Position numbers and translations under genes: made by a program. A DNA stretch of 64,000 nt from Chrysomallon squamiferum (lineage: Eukaryota > Animalia > Mollusca). The DNA lies in assembly GCA_012295275.1 (NCBI GenBank), contig CM022677.1, positions 25,792,001-25,856,000 of the forward strand, given 5' to 3'. A model generated the notes under the pieces. That model was not told the origin of the DNA, did no database searches, and saw only the letters and a program-made list of their open reading frames with translations. Position 1 is the first letter of the stretch, and each line of letters starts with the position of its first letter. Below, one piece after another: positions 15,455-29,677 of this stretch.

Positions 15455-16120
15455 TGATTAAGTAGATTGTTCTGTATAGTCTAAACATGTTACTTCTCTA
15501 CTGACAAAGTAGATTATTCTGTATAGTCTAAACATGTTACTTATCTACTGACAAAGTAGATTATTCTGTATAGTCTAAACATGTTACTTATCTACTGACA
15601 AAGTAGATTATTCTGTATAGTCTAAACATGTTACTTATCTACTGACAAAGTAGATTATTCTGTATAGTCTAAACATGTTACTTATCTACTGACAAAGTAG
15701 ATTATTTTAGATATGGCAAACAATTCACGTATTCCCTGACAAAGTACAATATTTTACATGGTTGTACACAATATACTTTACTCACTAATAAAGTAGATTA
15801 TATCATATATAGTCTAAGCAGTTTACTTACAAAGTACATTTTTTTGTATTTTGTAAATAATTTATTTTAACACTGACAAAGTACATTATTTTATATACTG
15901 TAAACAATTTACTTTAACACTGACAAAGTACATTATTTTATATACTGTAAATAATTTACTTTCATTCTGACAAAGTACATTATTTTATATATTGTAAACA
16001 ATTTACTTACACATTGACAAAATACGTTATTTACTGTATTGATAAAGAATATTATTTTATATACATCATTTATTTCCTCATTGACAAAGTAGATTATATT
16101 ATATATTGTAAATAATTTGC
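15455..16120 (+). repeat. ~47-nt minisatellite, homogeneous at the 5' end and decaying 3'
   Basis: Unit CTACTGACAAAGTAGATTATTCTGTATAGTCTAAACATGTTACTTAT. Confidence 0.9.
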
Positions 16121-16504
16121 AAATCAAAGTGCTGTAAGGAAATTAGTATTCATAACGTCATACTTCGGCACCGACAAATTACGTCAGACAACTTTCAGTT
16201 TGTAAATTCCTTTTAAAGTCTGTGTTATCGCTTCCTTTTTATTTTAAATTTATATATATTTTAAGTAAATTTTAAATAGAAATATCTGCGAAATGTAAAT
16301 TATCTGATAATTACGTTCAAAGAACAAACCGTTAGTTTTTCAAATACGAAGTGTGGTAACGTAAACAAAACGATTCACAATGTTTGTTTATTTATTTATT
16401 TATTTAGTTTTTTTTTTTATTTATTTTTCTTTCTTTCTGTTTTCTTCATTATAACCATATAATATTTAATTTATTATTATTTTTATTAAACTTTTTTCTT
16501 TACC

Positions 16505-16540
<36 letters not shown>

Positions 16541-16794
16541 GGTACGAATATATTTATATATATATAATTAGACCGTATATTCGTACCGCAATAATAATAA
16601 TATAAAAATATAAACATATAATATTAATTTATTATTACTGTTATTAAATTTCTTTTTTCTTTATAATTTTTCTTTCTTTTTTCCATGTTTGATATTTAAT
16701 TATTTCTTTATTTTAATTTTAATTTTAATTTTATTGTTGTTGTTTTTTTTTTGTTGTTTTTTTGTTATTTTCATTTGATTAATTTTATTTATTT

Positions 16795-16840
<46 letters not shown>

Positions 16841-17162
16841 ATTATTATTTATAGTCTTTAACATATACGCTTATAAAACTATTCAGCAGGATTTTTAACC
16901 CCATCTAGAATATGCTTTGACTGTCTTTTCGTGTTACAGTCAGTAAAATTTATACATATCTGTCAGTTTATATATCTATAATGACTCTCCATGTGTTTAT
17001 ATCTCTGTGTGTGTGTGTGTGTGCGTGCGTGTGTTTCTGTCTGTTAAAGGTGAGGGAATGTGCTTGTCTGCACGTGTCTGTCTGTGTCTGTGTGTGAGTA
17101 CAGTTGTTAGTTCAGATGTGACTGAGATTTAGTTTTCTACTTGCAGGTGACAGCAGGTTGAG

Positions 17163-18467
17163 ATGTACAGATTAGCAGCCATTCAAACCATCCTTGTACT
17201 CATTGGTACGACCACTCGTCTGTGTGGACAGTATACATGTATATGTGTATTGTATACTTATATGTGTGTATTGTATACTTATATATGTGTATTGTATACT
17301 TATATATGTGTATTGTATACTTATATATGTGTATTGTATACATGCATGGAGTTCTGTATAAATGTAGATGTGAGCACTACACATGTATGTGTGTACTATA
17401 CATACATACATACATACATACACAGATGGATAGATTGATGAATGTGTGAAATCTTGTAGAAACTATTGCCTTTGTCTCTTTGGGTATTTAATAAATCCGT
17501 TTCCGAGTAAATCAAGCTACTCGTTTGTGTTTAAATTTCAGTACACGGACAGTGGTTAGAATGGGAAAAAGACACGATGTCTCTGTGCTCGAACGAGACG
17601 TGTCACAGGACTGTTCAGATGATCAGACACTGCATTATTAGGAAACGTGCTTGTACAGGGCCTCGCCTCAAAAATTTCACCGAGAAGTGCTCTGTTTCCC
17701 AGTGTGAAAGAGGTAACAACAACAACAACCACAACAACAACAGTAACAGTAACAACAACAGCAATATTAAAAAAACAAAAAAAAAAAAAAAAAAAAACAA
17801 TACCAATAAAAATAACAACCTCAAACAACATTAACAGCAACAAAAACAGCAATAACAAAAACAACAACAACAACAACAATAATAATAATAATAATAATAA
17901 TAATAGCTCCTAGTAAAAGTTATTGAAGCGGTGGTAGTAGCAGTAGTAATAGTAGACGTAGTAACAGTAGCAGTTGCAGTAGCTGTAGTAGTAATAGTAG
18001 AAGCAGTAGTTGTATCGAGGTATATAATGCATAGTAACAGTGATAGTAGTAACATAACTTGTAGTAGTAGTAGTAGTAGTAATAGTAGACATAGTAACAG
18101 TAGCGTTGCAGTAGCTGTAGTAGTAATAGTAGAAGCAGTAGTAGTATTGAGTTATATAATGCATAGTAATAGAAATAGTAGTAACTTGTAGTAGTAGTAG
18201 TGGTAGTAGTAGTAGTAGCAGCAGCAGCAGTAGTAGTAGTAGTAGTAGTAGCAGTAGTAGTAGTAATAGTAGCAGCAGTAGTAGTAGTGACAGCACTAAT
18301 AGTAGTAGTAGTCGTTGTAGTAGTAGTCGTAGTAGTAGTAGTAGTCGTAGTAGTAGTAGTAGTAGTAGTAGTAGTTACAGCACTAATAGTAGTAGTAGTA
18401 GTAATAATAGCAGCAGTAGTAGTAGTGACAGCACTAATAGTAGTAGTAGCAGTAGTAGTAGTAGTAG

Positions 18468-18562
<95 letters not shown>

Positions 18563-20257
18563 AGATTAACTGGTGTGTTTTAACTGTTCAGACAGAAGAG
18601 TACACCACACTGGAGGCTGGGGTCCCTGGTATGAGAACTTCGTCGTGCCGTGCACCGTGACGTGCGGAGAGGGAAATGGGTCTCTCTACATCCTCACCAA
18701 GCGTGACTGCTACAGCGTCAGTGTTTGCGACGGCGAGTCCGTCAACATTGCGAAAGAGTCGTGTGTGGCACCACTACGGGTTTGCCCTGGTATAACATCT
18801 ACTTCCTGTGTTGTCTAGTTTTATCTGTCCACTTTCGGTGTTGTCTAGTTTTATCTACACACTTTTGGTGTTGTCTAGTTTATCTACACACTTTCAGTGT
18901 TGTCTAAGTATTATCTATATACTTTCAGTGTTGTCTAGTTTTATCTGTCCACTTTCGGTTTTGTCTAGTTTTATCTATCCACTTTAGGTGTTGTCCAGCT
19001 TTATTCACACATTTTTGCGTGGTCTAGTATCATCTACATACTTCTACTGTCGTCTAGTATTATCTACATACGTCTAGAATTGCGGAGTATTATCTAAATA
19101 CATCAGAATTGTCATATATGTTGTCTAGTATTATCTACACACTTCTAGAATTGTCTAGTATTTTCTATCTAAATTGTCCACATCCAGAATTGTCTAGTAT
19201 TATATATACACATATAATGATGTCTAAATACATACTAGTATTATCTACATACATCTCTAGATCTATTGTCTAGTATTTTCTACATACTTCTAGAATTGTC
19301 CAATATTATCTACATACGTCAAATTGTCTAATTGTCTAGTATTATATTCATACATATAATGTTGTCTAAATCTACATACATAGTTGTCTATTTTATCTAT
19401 CTACATACATGTTATCTACAAACATCTAGAATTGTCTAGTATTATCTATATCTATATATCTACATACATAGATTCATTGTCTGTGTTGTTCTTAATTGTA
19501 TTGTAATATACTGTACATTATGTTGTAGGATTTAGTACTGTAGTGTACATTATTGAATTGTCTGTATTTTAATGTATTGCACACCATTGTGATGTAAAAT
19601 AGAGAATCCTTTTATACTGTGTTGTACAGTAAGATATTATACTGTAATATAATGTACCGTTGCATTGCAGTATATAGCATTCTATTGTAACATATTGTAT
19701 CACACTGTATTTTATTGTACTATATTGTATAAATTGTATTGTATTGTGTAATATATGGTACTGAATTGTAATAAATTGTGTTATATTGTATTACATTGTG
19801 TTATATTATAATGCACCTATAATAAATTTATTGTATTGTAATGAAGTATATTATAGTATATTGTATAGTTATCAATTGTATCGTATTTGTAATAAATTGT
19901 ACTGTATTATACTGTAGTATAAGGTATTGTATTGTATTACATATACTGTATTGTACTGTATTGTACTCTATTGTAATAAACTGTATTGTACTCTATTCTA
20001 ATACACTATATTGTACTATACTGTAATACACTATATTGTAATACGCTGTAGTTTACTGTATTGTAATAAATTGTCTTGTATTGTACTTCCAGTGCGCAGT
20101 ACTCAGATTAAGACGATTGATCTGAGCACTAACGAGACTCTGATACTTTTCTCTACTTTCCTCATCACTTTATTACTGATTGTCTGTTTTGTCCATTACA
20201 GGTATGTATATATGTATATATACACTCACACAAACACACGCGCTCCCTGCACACACG

Positions 20258-20296
<39 letters not shown>

Positions 20297-21542
20297 CAGA
20301 CACGTCCATGCACATTTTCGCACTCATACACACCCGTATAACATTCATACACATATAATAATACACATGCACACACACACAAACAAACACATATACAAAA
20401 ACAAACACACACATATAAACACACGTACATATGCATACAGACGCACACAAACACACATGTGTGTATGTTTCTAAGTATGTATGTATGTACACATGTGTTT
20501 GTATATGTATATATGCATATGTATGTATGAGTGTATATATATATATATATACACACACAGGCTCACATTTTTATATACATATATATTATTATTGTTGTTG
20601 TTGTTGTTGTTGTTGTTATTATTAGTAGTAGTAGTAGTAGTTTTATTATTATTATTGTTGTTGTCGTTGCTGTTATCATCATCATCATCATCGTTTAGAC
20701 TGACGCATCGTGATGACAGCGGTGAAAGCAAACGTCTGGTCGTTGACTTTAAAGAGATGAACACGTTTCGCATCCAGCCTAACGAAGCCGAATCCTTCGA
20801 CAACAACTACGACGGCGCCACGAGCAACAACGCCAACAGCAACGTCCACGCCAGTAACTCTTTCCAGCTGACGGACGTGGCCAATCAGCCGCACGTGTGC
20901 ACGGTGAGCGACAGCAACATTTTCACCTTCCGAAACGACGTCATCGAAGGCTTCCGCAACGACGTGGACGAAAACCTGGATTTCAGAAGTCAGGCGATTA
21001 CGAGCAAAACTTTTAGAAACGAGAACGGGACAGGGCAGGAGTTCAGAAACAAGATGGCCGCGGGACAGGAGTTCAGAAACAAGATGGCTGCGGGACAGGA
21101 GTTCAGAAACAAGATGGCTGCGGGACAGGAGTTCAGAAACAAGATGGCCGCGGGACAGGAGTTCAGAAACAAGATGGCTGCGGGACAGGAGTTCAGAAAC
21201 AAGATGGCTGCGGGACAGGAGTTCAGAAACAAGATGGCGGCCGGACAGGAGTTCAGGAAGGAGGTGACGGCGGAGGAGAAGATAAGAGAGGAAATCGTGA
21301 GCGTGTTCAGGAACGAAATCATGATGGACTACGACTACGACAGCGGCAGGTCGCTGTCCAGAGCTTCCCACATCGGCACCTCAGTCGGGTTCCACACCGC
21401 CTTTCTGCACGACGGCCACGCGGATAACGACAATAGCCACAACAGCAACGTCGTGCTTAGCTCGAGGCAGAGCTCGGTTTTCTCGAGGCAGCAAGGGTTT
21501 GACGTCACATTCTCAGAAAACACGAGCGAACAGAAATGGTAA
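17163..21542 (+). CDS. Gene A: type-I membrane protein with signal peptide, 2 TSR (TSP1) domains, TM helix and repeat-containing cytoplasmic tail (~454 aa)
   Basis: Exons 17163-17205 (MYRLAAIQTILVLI), 17542-17712 (VHGQWLEW..CSNETC..RHC..C.G..C..C), 18592-18789 (GGWGPW..PCTVTCG..KRDC..CDG..C..CP), 20093-20201 (TM LILFSTFLITLLLIVCFV), 20699-21542. All junctions are GT-AG with phases 1,1,1,2; total 1365 nt with no internal stop. AATAAA at 21573 and 21581; 5'UTR acceptor at 17146. Confidence 0.85.
17715..18562. repeat. (AAC/AAT/AGT/AGC)n compound microsatellite filling gene A intron 2
   Basis: Direct reading. Confidence 0.95.
18800..20090 (+). repeat. Intronic degenerate minisatellites filling gene A intron 3
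   Basis: TGTTGTCTAGTWTTATCTACACACTT units to ~19450, then (TATTG/TACTG)n running into the acceptor at 20092. Confidence 0.85.
21033..21258 (+). repeat. Coding 30-nt tandem repeat (GQEFRNKMAA) x7.5 in gene A tail
   Basis: GGACAGGAGTTCAGAAACAAGATGGCYGCG units, in frame. Confidence 0.95.
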
Positions 21543-21779
21543 CACTGTCGTTGTTAGGTGGATTTTAAAATCAATAAATCAATAAATATGTTTTTCTTTT
21601 GAGACTGATAATTTAAAGAAAACAATGCTGATGTAGTAAATAATGGATGAAAGAATTGGAAGATAAACAAATAAATAAATAAATAAACAAATTCAGTGGT
21701 TTTCTGTTATATATTTGTTTGTGCACTTATGTATGTCGTGTTACTAGAATTACACTATTACAAAAAACATTCTGCTGTA

Positions 21780-22040
21780 TGTTTGGTTGCCTGTGTGTGT
21801 GTGTGCGTGGCTGTGCTTGCAAGTGAGTGTGTTTTGTACGTGAGTTTGAGTGTGTGTACGTGTGTCTATTTCTCTGTATGTGTGTGTGGCTGTGCTTGCA
21901 AGTGAGTGTGTTTTGTATGTGAGTTTGAGTGTGTGTACGTGTGTCTATTTCTCTGTATGTGTGTGTGGCTGTGCTTGCAAGTGAGTGTGTTTTGTACGTG
22001 AGTTTGAGTGTGTGTACGTGTGTCTATTTCTCTGTATGTG
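21780..22040 (+). repeat. ~70-nt GT-rich tandem repeat x3
   Basis: GTGGCTGTGCTTGCAAGTGAGTGTGTTTTGTAYGTGAGTTTGAG... repeated three times. Confidence 0.85.
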
Positions 22041-22861
22041 TGCGTGCATGCTAGTATGAGTTTATGAGTACATCTCTTTGTAAGTAAATCGTATATTTGT
22101 CTTTGTGAGTATGTCTGTGTCTGTCTGTGTGTGGGAGAATATTTATGCGCTTTTCGAGTATTTGTGTGCGTTTGTCTGTGTGTATGTCTGTGTCTGTCTG
22201 TGTGTGGGTGAATATTTATGTGCGTGCGTATTTGTGTGTGTTTGTGTATGTCACGTCGTGTGTATTTTAACTGATGTGTTTTAAAACAACACTACAAGTT
22301 TACTTCTATAAACACTGCACCGAGTCCAACACAGAAAACTGAAAACACAAAAACAGTTTTCTGTCTCAGCACAACACATGTAATCTTAGCTCAATCCTGA
22401 TTCTGAAAGTTTACAAAAATCGGCAGAGTTTATGTTTTAAAAAAAAATAATAATAAAAAAAAAATTTTAAAAAAATATTAAAATACTGTATTTTAATAAA
22501 GGTTTTCTTGTTGTTAATCTTTTCGAACAAGGATTTATTTCACATCTGGAGAGTGATCAGTTCTGTTTATTCACAAACAATTTATTATCTTTCGAGTTGA
22601 CTGGATACTGATGTAAAGGCTTGTAACCCAGTATAGATAGATAGATAATACTGCTAGTTAAAAAATGAAACCTTTCACATCACCTGGTACAAAACTTTAC
22701 AAGAGTCACTTGGTCGGAGACAAATGTAAACAAAGTTACATTGTGTTTTTCTAGGATTAAAAATCCGATTCGTATTCGAAAATAAAATTACAATTATTCG
22801 GGCGGAATTTGACCTTGTCAGTTTGTATTTATGATGTCATGTAATGTAAACATGTCTACAG

Positions 22862-22930
<69 letters not shown>

Positions 22931-23866
22931 TACAGAAGAGACAAAAGAAGGAATGATAGAATTCAAAGAAAAAGGACAGTAAGTAAATTAACAACAAACT
23001 ATTCGTGTTGCTATATAATCTATTATACTGTTTCCAGTACATTATTTACATTACGCTACAGATGGGAATCAGTCTAGGTGATCTGCGAAAAAGGAAGTGA
23101 CGTTTATTTTCACTTAAAGTATTTCATCAATAACGTAAATTACGTCTGCTATGAAACAGACGGAAATGATTGCTATTTGAGGAAATATGTGGGTATTAGT
23201 AGTTGATAATCTTGCAGTTTTATCTTTGTAGAAGTTTTACTGACACGATTTGTTGTTAATTCAGATATTATAATTCTTAAACAGGTCTAAATATATTTTC
23301 GCTTGTCATATTCATTTTCTAAACTTTCGCATGCAACTGCGTGTTTGAGTTAAAAAATAAAATAACTGCATCAACGATTAGGAAAAAAAAAACAAAGATA
23401 ATAATAATTGTCTGTGACAAACGAAAATGAGCATGCAGAGTTTATGAGGTAATTTTAAACTTGCACTGACATCAGAACAACAACAACATTTAATGACGTC
23501 AGCAAAACTATAGATCGAATATTTGTTACTAAGTAATCATGGAAGGTAATTTTCTCTGTTATGAAATAAATACTGTGATAGCTGTTCTCAAATCTAATAT
23601 TATGTCTTTTATTTTGCTATTTTTACCTTTATTTGTTCAGTAATAAAAAGATTACAACCAGTACAAACTGCTCATGTTGTTTTCTTTGTTTTCTGTTTTC
23701 TTTTTTCCTGTTTAGTAGTCTTTGCAGTTCCTGTATAATCGACCATACCAACAGTGCGCGTGTAACCTTTTATCCCAAATATTAAGTTTAAAAAAAAAAA
23801 AAACGAGAAAAAGAAAGGAGCATAAATTGTTTTGTGTGTTGATGTTACAGTCTGCAGGATAAACAC

Positions 23867-24124
23867 ATGAAGACGTTGTTTCAGTTGTTCTTCCATGCTT
23901 TAGTTTTAAACAACGGTTTGTATGTTATATGCTAATAAATATGATAGATCGATATAGAGACAAATAGACAGACAGACAGACAGACAGACGGAGTCAGACA
24001 GATAGACAGTTGACAAAGAGAAAGACAAATACTAATATTGTTGTGTGTTGCAAACTACAAGTGCAGCTACTACAACTACTGTACGACTCATTTTCTTTTC
24101 TTTACTTTTTTCTTTCTATTTTTA

Positions 24125-24171
<47 letters not shown>

Positions 24172-24309
24172 TCGCATTAGTTTTTTTGATTTTTTTTCTT
24201 TTCTTTATTTTGGAATTTCGGGGATTTCTTCAGTTCTTTAATTATTTATTCAATACAATATTTATATTTTTATATTTTATTTATTTATTTTTTTTTCTCA
24301 TTTCTTTTT

Positions 24310-24340
<31 letters not shown>

Positions 24341-25622
24341 TTTCTTTTATTTATTATTTACTTGTTACATTTGTAGGGGTTTCTTTTGTTTTGATTACGG
24401 AAATTTTTGGGGGGATTTTTTTTCTCTCTTTCTTTATTGTTGAGATTTTAATTTTAATTTTAATTTTTATTTTATTTTTTTTTTTTTTTTTTCTACTATC
24501 AAGTTTTAGGAAACTGGAGTTCATGGGTGGTAAACAGCATGCCTTGCAGTGTCACGTGCGGGCCACGCCCCGGTCACAGGAGAGTTGTAAAATATCGCCT
24601 GTGTCTTGATGAACCGTGTGAGGGAAGCAACACGATTGAAACGAGCATGTCCTGCAGAGCAGCAGACACCGACTGCAACGTCACGTCGACAGCACGTACG
24701 TAAGTCAGACGTCGCAGCTTCGTGCAGCATCGTTTGCCAGTTCCAACCCAAATTCTCACAATCTCTGTTAACATTTCATACTACTAACCAAACAAATAAT
24801 TAACCATCTTGTGTACTGACAACATGTTCTGTGTGTTTGTGTGTGTGTGTGTGTGTATGTATGTGTGAATGTGTGTATGTGTGTGATTGTGTGTAAGTTT
24901 GTACTGGTGCGTCTGTGTGTATATACACACACTCACACACACACACACATACATACATACACACACACACACATACACACACACACACACACATACATAC
25001 ATACACACACATACAAACATACACAGAAATTTACACACAAGAACACAAAGTAAGTGAAGAGTAAGTAGACACTAATTAATTGTTAATATGTTTTTTTGTT
25101 ATTATTATTATGTGTTTATTCCTATATTTCAGACAATGCTTATAAGAAGAATGCTAAAGATGACGTACTGAGAGGTAATTTCTTAATGTCCCTCTTCACT
25201 TTATTTTTTCCACTTTTTCTTTTATTTTTTATTTTTTATTTGTTTTTTACTTTTATTTGTTTTTCTCTACATGTATTCATTTATTTTATTTTATTTCTTG
25301 AATTATTTTTATTTTTAATTCTTCATTTTTTTTTTTTTTTTCATTCATTTTGAATGCAAAAATACATCACATACATACATACATACACATAGAAATATGT
25401 AAATTCGAGGATTAATTATAATCCTAAAATGTTCAACTAATATGTGTAATGTATACATATTCCCTGAAATTGTTTTCTCTGTTATTGCACACATAATATA
25501 ATTAATAAATTCTCAAATTTTCAGGCATTAAACATAATTCATGGGTGGTTCAGACATCATACATATACATAATATATGCTAATTTAACGAGTGTACATAA
25601 TCCTTTGTTATACAAACTCACT

Positions 25623-25666
<44 letters not shown>

Positions 25667-25976
25667 TCATTATGCATTAATTATACGTACCCACCCACCT
25701 AATGAAATATCTAAGTTTGAGAGTGCATTGTTTTGTCAGGAAAGAAACAAAAACCTAAGTAAATAAATAAAAAAAATTAGCTTTGTACAACTAACTTGGA
25801 AGATTTAGTTTTTAATGAATTACAAACACACTGAGAAAAAACAGCAGGACAAACATGCAACTATTACATGACCTTCCATAACATCATTCTACCATGTGGT
25901 GTGTGAGTGTGACTGTGCGTGTTGGGGGGGGCTTTTATGTCTGTTTGTGTGTATGTGTGTGTGTTTAGCTTGCTAG

Positions 25977-26012
<36 letters not shown>

Positions 26013-27185
26013 TTCAACATACATTTTTACTTCAGTGTCTTTCATGTCCGGTCTACTATGTAGGTATTTATTTTGTGTTTTTTAGACGCTTCAAACCCTA
26101 ATGACGGTAATAATTTATTATTTTTCTTTTCTTCTCCTTTTGTAACTTAATTTTATTTACTTATTTATAATTATTTATTTTTGTATTTACTTAATTATAT
26201 TTATTTATTTACTTATTTATTTATTTATTTGTTTGTTTGTTTGTGTCCTTGTTTTTTTTTAAATATATTTAGCATTATTAGTGTTATTGCTGGGGCTGTA
26301 TTCATTTATTTAACTTTTTATTTTAATTTTTTTTTTTTACATACACACAAAAATATGTAGAAACATGAAAATGATGGTGTTACAAACACTAAGATAAAAA
26401 TTGTTGTATATATTAAGATATGAAGATAAAATTGTTGTTACAAACACTAAGATACAAAATGTTGTTACAAACACTAAGATAAAGTTGTTTTTACAAACAC
26501 TGTCATAGAAATTGTTGTTACAAACACTGAGTCAAATTTTTGTTACAAACACTAAGAATCAAATTGTTGTTACAAACACTAAGAGTCAAATTGCTGTTAC
26601 AAACACTAAGAGTAAAATTGTTGTTACAAACACTAAGAGTCAAATTGTTGTTACAGTCACTGATTTACAAGACACTATTGTTATGGCTGTTACGTGCTGT
26701 GGACTATTGGTAGTAATTGGACTTATCATGTATTTGCTGAGGTCGGAAATTACATTTATAGATACATCTTTCACACGTTCAGATACACTCATTCACACTT
26801 ACAGACACATATACAAACTCTCCTACACACACACACACACACAGACACACACATATACAAAAACTCTTATAAACACACACATATACAAACACACTAACAC
26901 ACACATATACAAACACTCATACACACATACATTATACAAACACACTAACACACACATATACAAACACTCGAACACACACACACATATACAAACACTCATA
27001 CACACACACACATACAAACACATATACACACACTGATCTTGGAAAATACCTAAACAATCTGCGATTTATTTCTTTTTGTTATATTAATGTTGTTATTTGT
27101 TTTTGTTGTTTATTGTTTGTTTTGATGTTTTTGCTCTTTTTTCTTTTCTTTTTCTTTTTTATCATTATCATCATCACTATCATTA

Positions 27186-27236
<51 letters not shown>

Positions 27237-27765
27237 TATTGCAGTTATTATTGTTGCAGTTATTATTACTATTATTATTACTGTTATTGTTATTACTGTT
27301 ATTGTTATTGTTATTATTATTATAATTATTATTACTGTTTATTATTTTTGTATTATTATTATTACAGTAATTATTATGTTTATAATTATTATTACTGTTG
27401 TTATTATTGTTATTATTACTGTTATTGTAATTACTGTTCTTGTTGGTCTTGTTCTTATTACTGTTGTTATTATTGTTTTATTATTACTGTTATTGTAATT
27501 ACTGTTCTTCTTGTTGGTCTTGTTATTATTACTGTTGTTATTATTGTTGTTATTACTGTTATTGTGATTACTGTTCTTCGTGTTGGTGTTGTTATTATTA
27601 TTGTTTTTAATTATAATTATAATTGACAGTGGCGTATTCAAAGGATCAACGAATGAAAATGCGAACATCCTAGTGGAGAAATCGGCTTCGAAGAAACAAA
27701 GACAAGACAACACAAACCTCGCTTTCGAACTCGACCAATCAGAGTGTCGCTGCGAAAACTTGTGA
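23867..27765 (+). CDS. Gene B: type-I membrane protein with signal peptide, single TSR, stalk, TM and short tail (~167 aa)
   Basis: Exons 23867-23915 (MKTLFQLFFHALVLNN), 24504-24695 (VLGNWSSWVVNSMPCSVTCGPRPGHRRVVKYRLCLDEPCEG..C..C; missed by the ORF track), 25133-25174, 26657-26741 (TM IVMAVTCCGLLVVIGLIMYLL), 27630-27765 (ends CRCENL*). Phases 1,1,1,2; 504 nt; AATAAA at 27858. Confidence 0.8.
26378..26656 (+). repeat. ~30-nt minisatellite ending in the gene B TM-exon acceptor
   Basis: ATTGTTGTTACAAACACTAAGA units; the last copy reads ATTGTTGTTACAG|TCACTGA. Confidence 0.9.
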
Positions 27766-27974
27766 CTTTGTAACCCACCATTTGTAATATGATGCAGCAA
27801 CATCTTTCACAATTTTTTTTTTTTTTTTTTTTTTTTTTTGGTGTTTGATGCTGATGTAATAAAATTATGTAATTGTTTCGTTTATGTTGTTGTCTCTCTC
27901 TCTCTCTCGCTCTGTTTAAATTAGTAAGCCTCTAAATCATGAAGTACTGAAAGCTAAAACCTATTGGACACTGC

Positions 27975-29175
27975 ATGGGGACCATAACGTCTTGTTTTTA
28001 ACAATTGCTGTGAATTATGATCTATTTTTATCCAGTATTATTTGCTATAACATGCCGTGATATCTTTAATAATATTGTAGGGCTATGACATAATAACGTT
28101 ATCTAATAGTGTTATAGACTATGACGTGATATCTTACTAACAGTTTCGTCGATTATGACGTAATATCTAAATATTGTTAGATGTCTTTATATTATTGTGT
28201 ATATGCATTATGACGTATTATTTTTTTTAATAGTTGTATTGTGACATAAAATTTGTATCTCATAATGCAGTGTATTATGACATAGTTTCTTGAATAGTGC
28301 TGTGGTTTTCTTGTAATATCTTTATCTACTACAACGGATTATGACTTGGTATCTTACTAGTGCCATGTATTATAAAGTAATATCTATCTAATAGAGCTGC
28401 GGTTTATGACATATTTATTTTAAAATGCTATGGATTATGATGTAATATCTTTACCTAATAGTGCTATGGATTACGACGTCATACCTTTAACTCAAAGTGT
28501 TTATGGATTATGACGTAATATCTTTACTAGTGCTATGGATTATGACGTAGTATCTTTATCTAACTGTATGGTTATGACGTAATATCTTTAAGTGTTATGG
28601 TGTATGATTTAATATTTTTATCTAATAGTTGCTGTGGATTAAGAGTAATTCTTTATTTAATACGGATTATGTTTAACATCTTTAATAATGCAATGGATTA
28701 TGACGCAATATCTTTATCTAATAAAGCTGTGGATTATGATGTAATATTTTTATCTAAGTGCTACAGAGTACAATGTAGTATCTTTATCTAGTATTATGCA
28801 TTATGATGCAATATATTAATAATGATGTGGATTATGACGTAATATCTTTATTTATTAGTGCTATGGATCATAACGTGATATCTGTGTCTAGTAGTGCTTT
28901 GGAATGTGACGTAATACATGTATCTACCTGATATGGACTACGGCTTTCTATTTTTAAGTGCTAGTGTTATGGAATATAACTGACACTCTTTATCTGTGGT
29001 CTGTGACGTGATATCCTCATCTTTTGATGTAGCATCTATGTAACCACTATGATCTATGACTTACTGTCTTTAATAAAGTATTAGGTATGACGTGATATAT
29101 TTAACAAATGCAATGATTAATGATGTAATATTTTTATTTCACAACACCCTAGGTCTAAGTTATGATGTATTATAA
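27975..29175 (+). repeat. Degenerate ~32-36 nt minisatellite between the converging 3' ends of genes B and C
   Basis: Consensus GCTATGGATTATGACGTAATATCTTTATCTAATAGT. Confidence 0.85.
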
Positions 29176-29289
29176 TTTAATACTTTTATTTATTTATTTA
29201 TTATTGTTATGTTTCAACGCTGTTGTATTTTAATATATGGTTTTATACCATTATATTTTAGTTCTACATTATTTTTAAACTTTTCTTAC

Positions 29290-29358
<69 letters not shown>

Positions 29359-29677
29359 CTTTACTTAGACACATTACTAGAAACACATTACTTGAATTTG
29401 ACGAACGATAAGTCAAATGTTTTCCAGAGTGAAATCTGTTTAATAAATCTAAAGCATTTTAACCATAAACAAAGGAAAAAGACCAGTATGTTATCAGTGT
29501 GTGTAATGTTCTTGTGGTCTGGATTAGTTCAGTAATGTACGATATGTCCTCAACGAATCATTCAACACGTGTTTCTAGTAATGCGTCTCCGTTTCCAGTT
29601 TTTAGATTTGACTTCTTCTCTCTGCGTTAGCCAGAAGGCCTATTAGTAATTTTTTTAATTTTGATCTTTTCTGTTCC

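Noticed and set aside
16541-16587. 12-bp inverted repeat GGTACGAATATA/TATATTCGTACC
   Set aside because: Too short and embedded in AT microsatellite; no family or function can be supported.
20688-21371. Antisense 227-aa and 110-aa ORFs over the gene A tail
   Set aside because: Shadows of a GC-richer repetitive exon; no splice or start support.
23602-23643. Alternative leader MSFILLFLPLFVQ for gene B
   Set aside because: Ends in a stop or a phase-2 donor, incompatible with the phase-1 TSR exon; 23867-23915 fits.
24680-24695. GTCACGTCGAC (VTST) shared between the gene B TSR exon end and the gene C exon-2 start
   Set aside because: Only 11 nt and in non-equivalent positions; compatible with chance.
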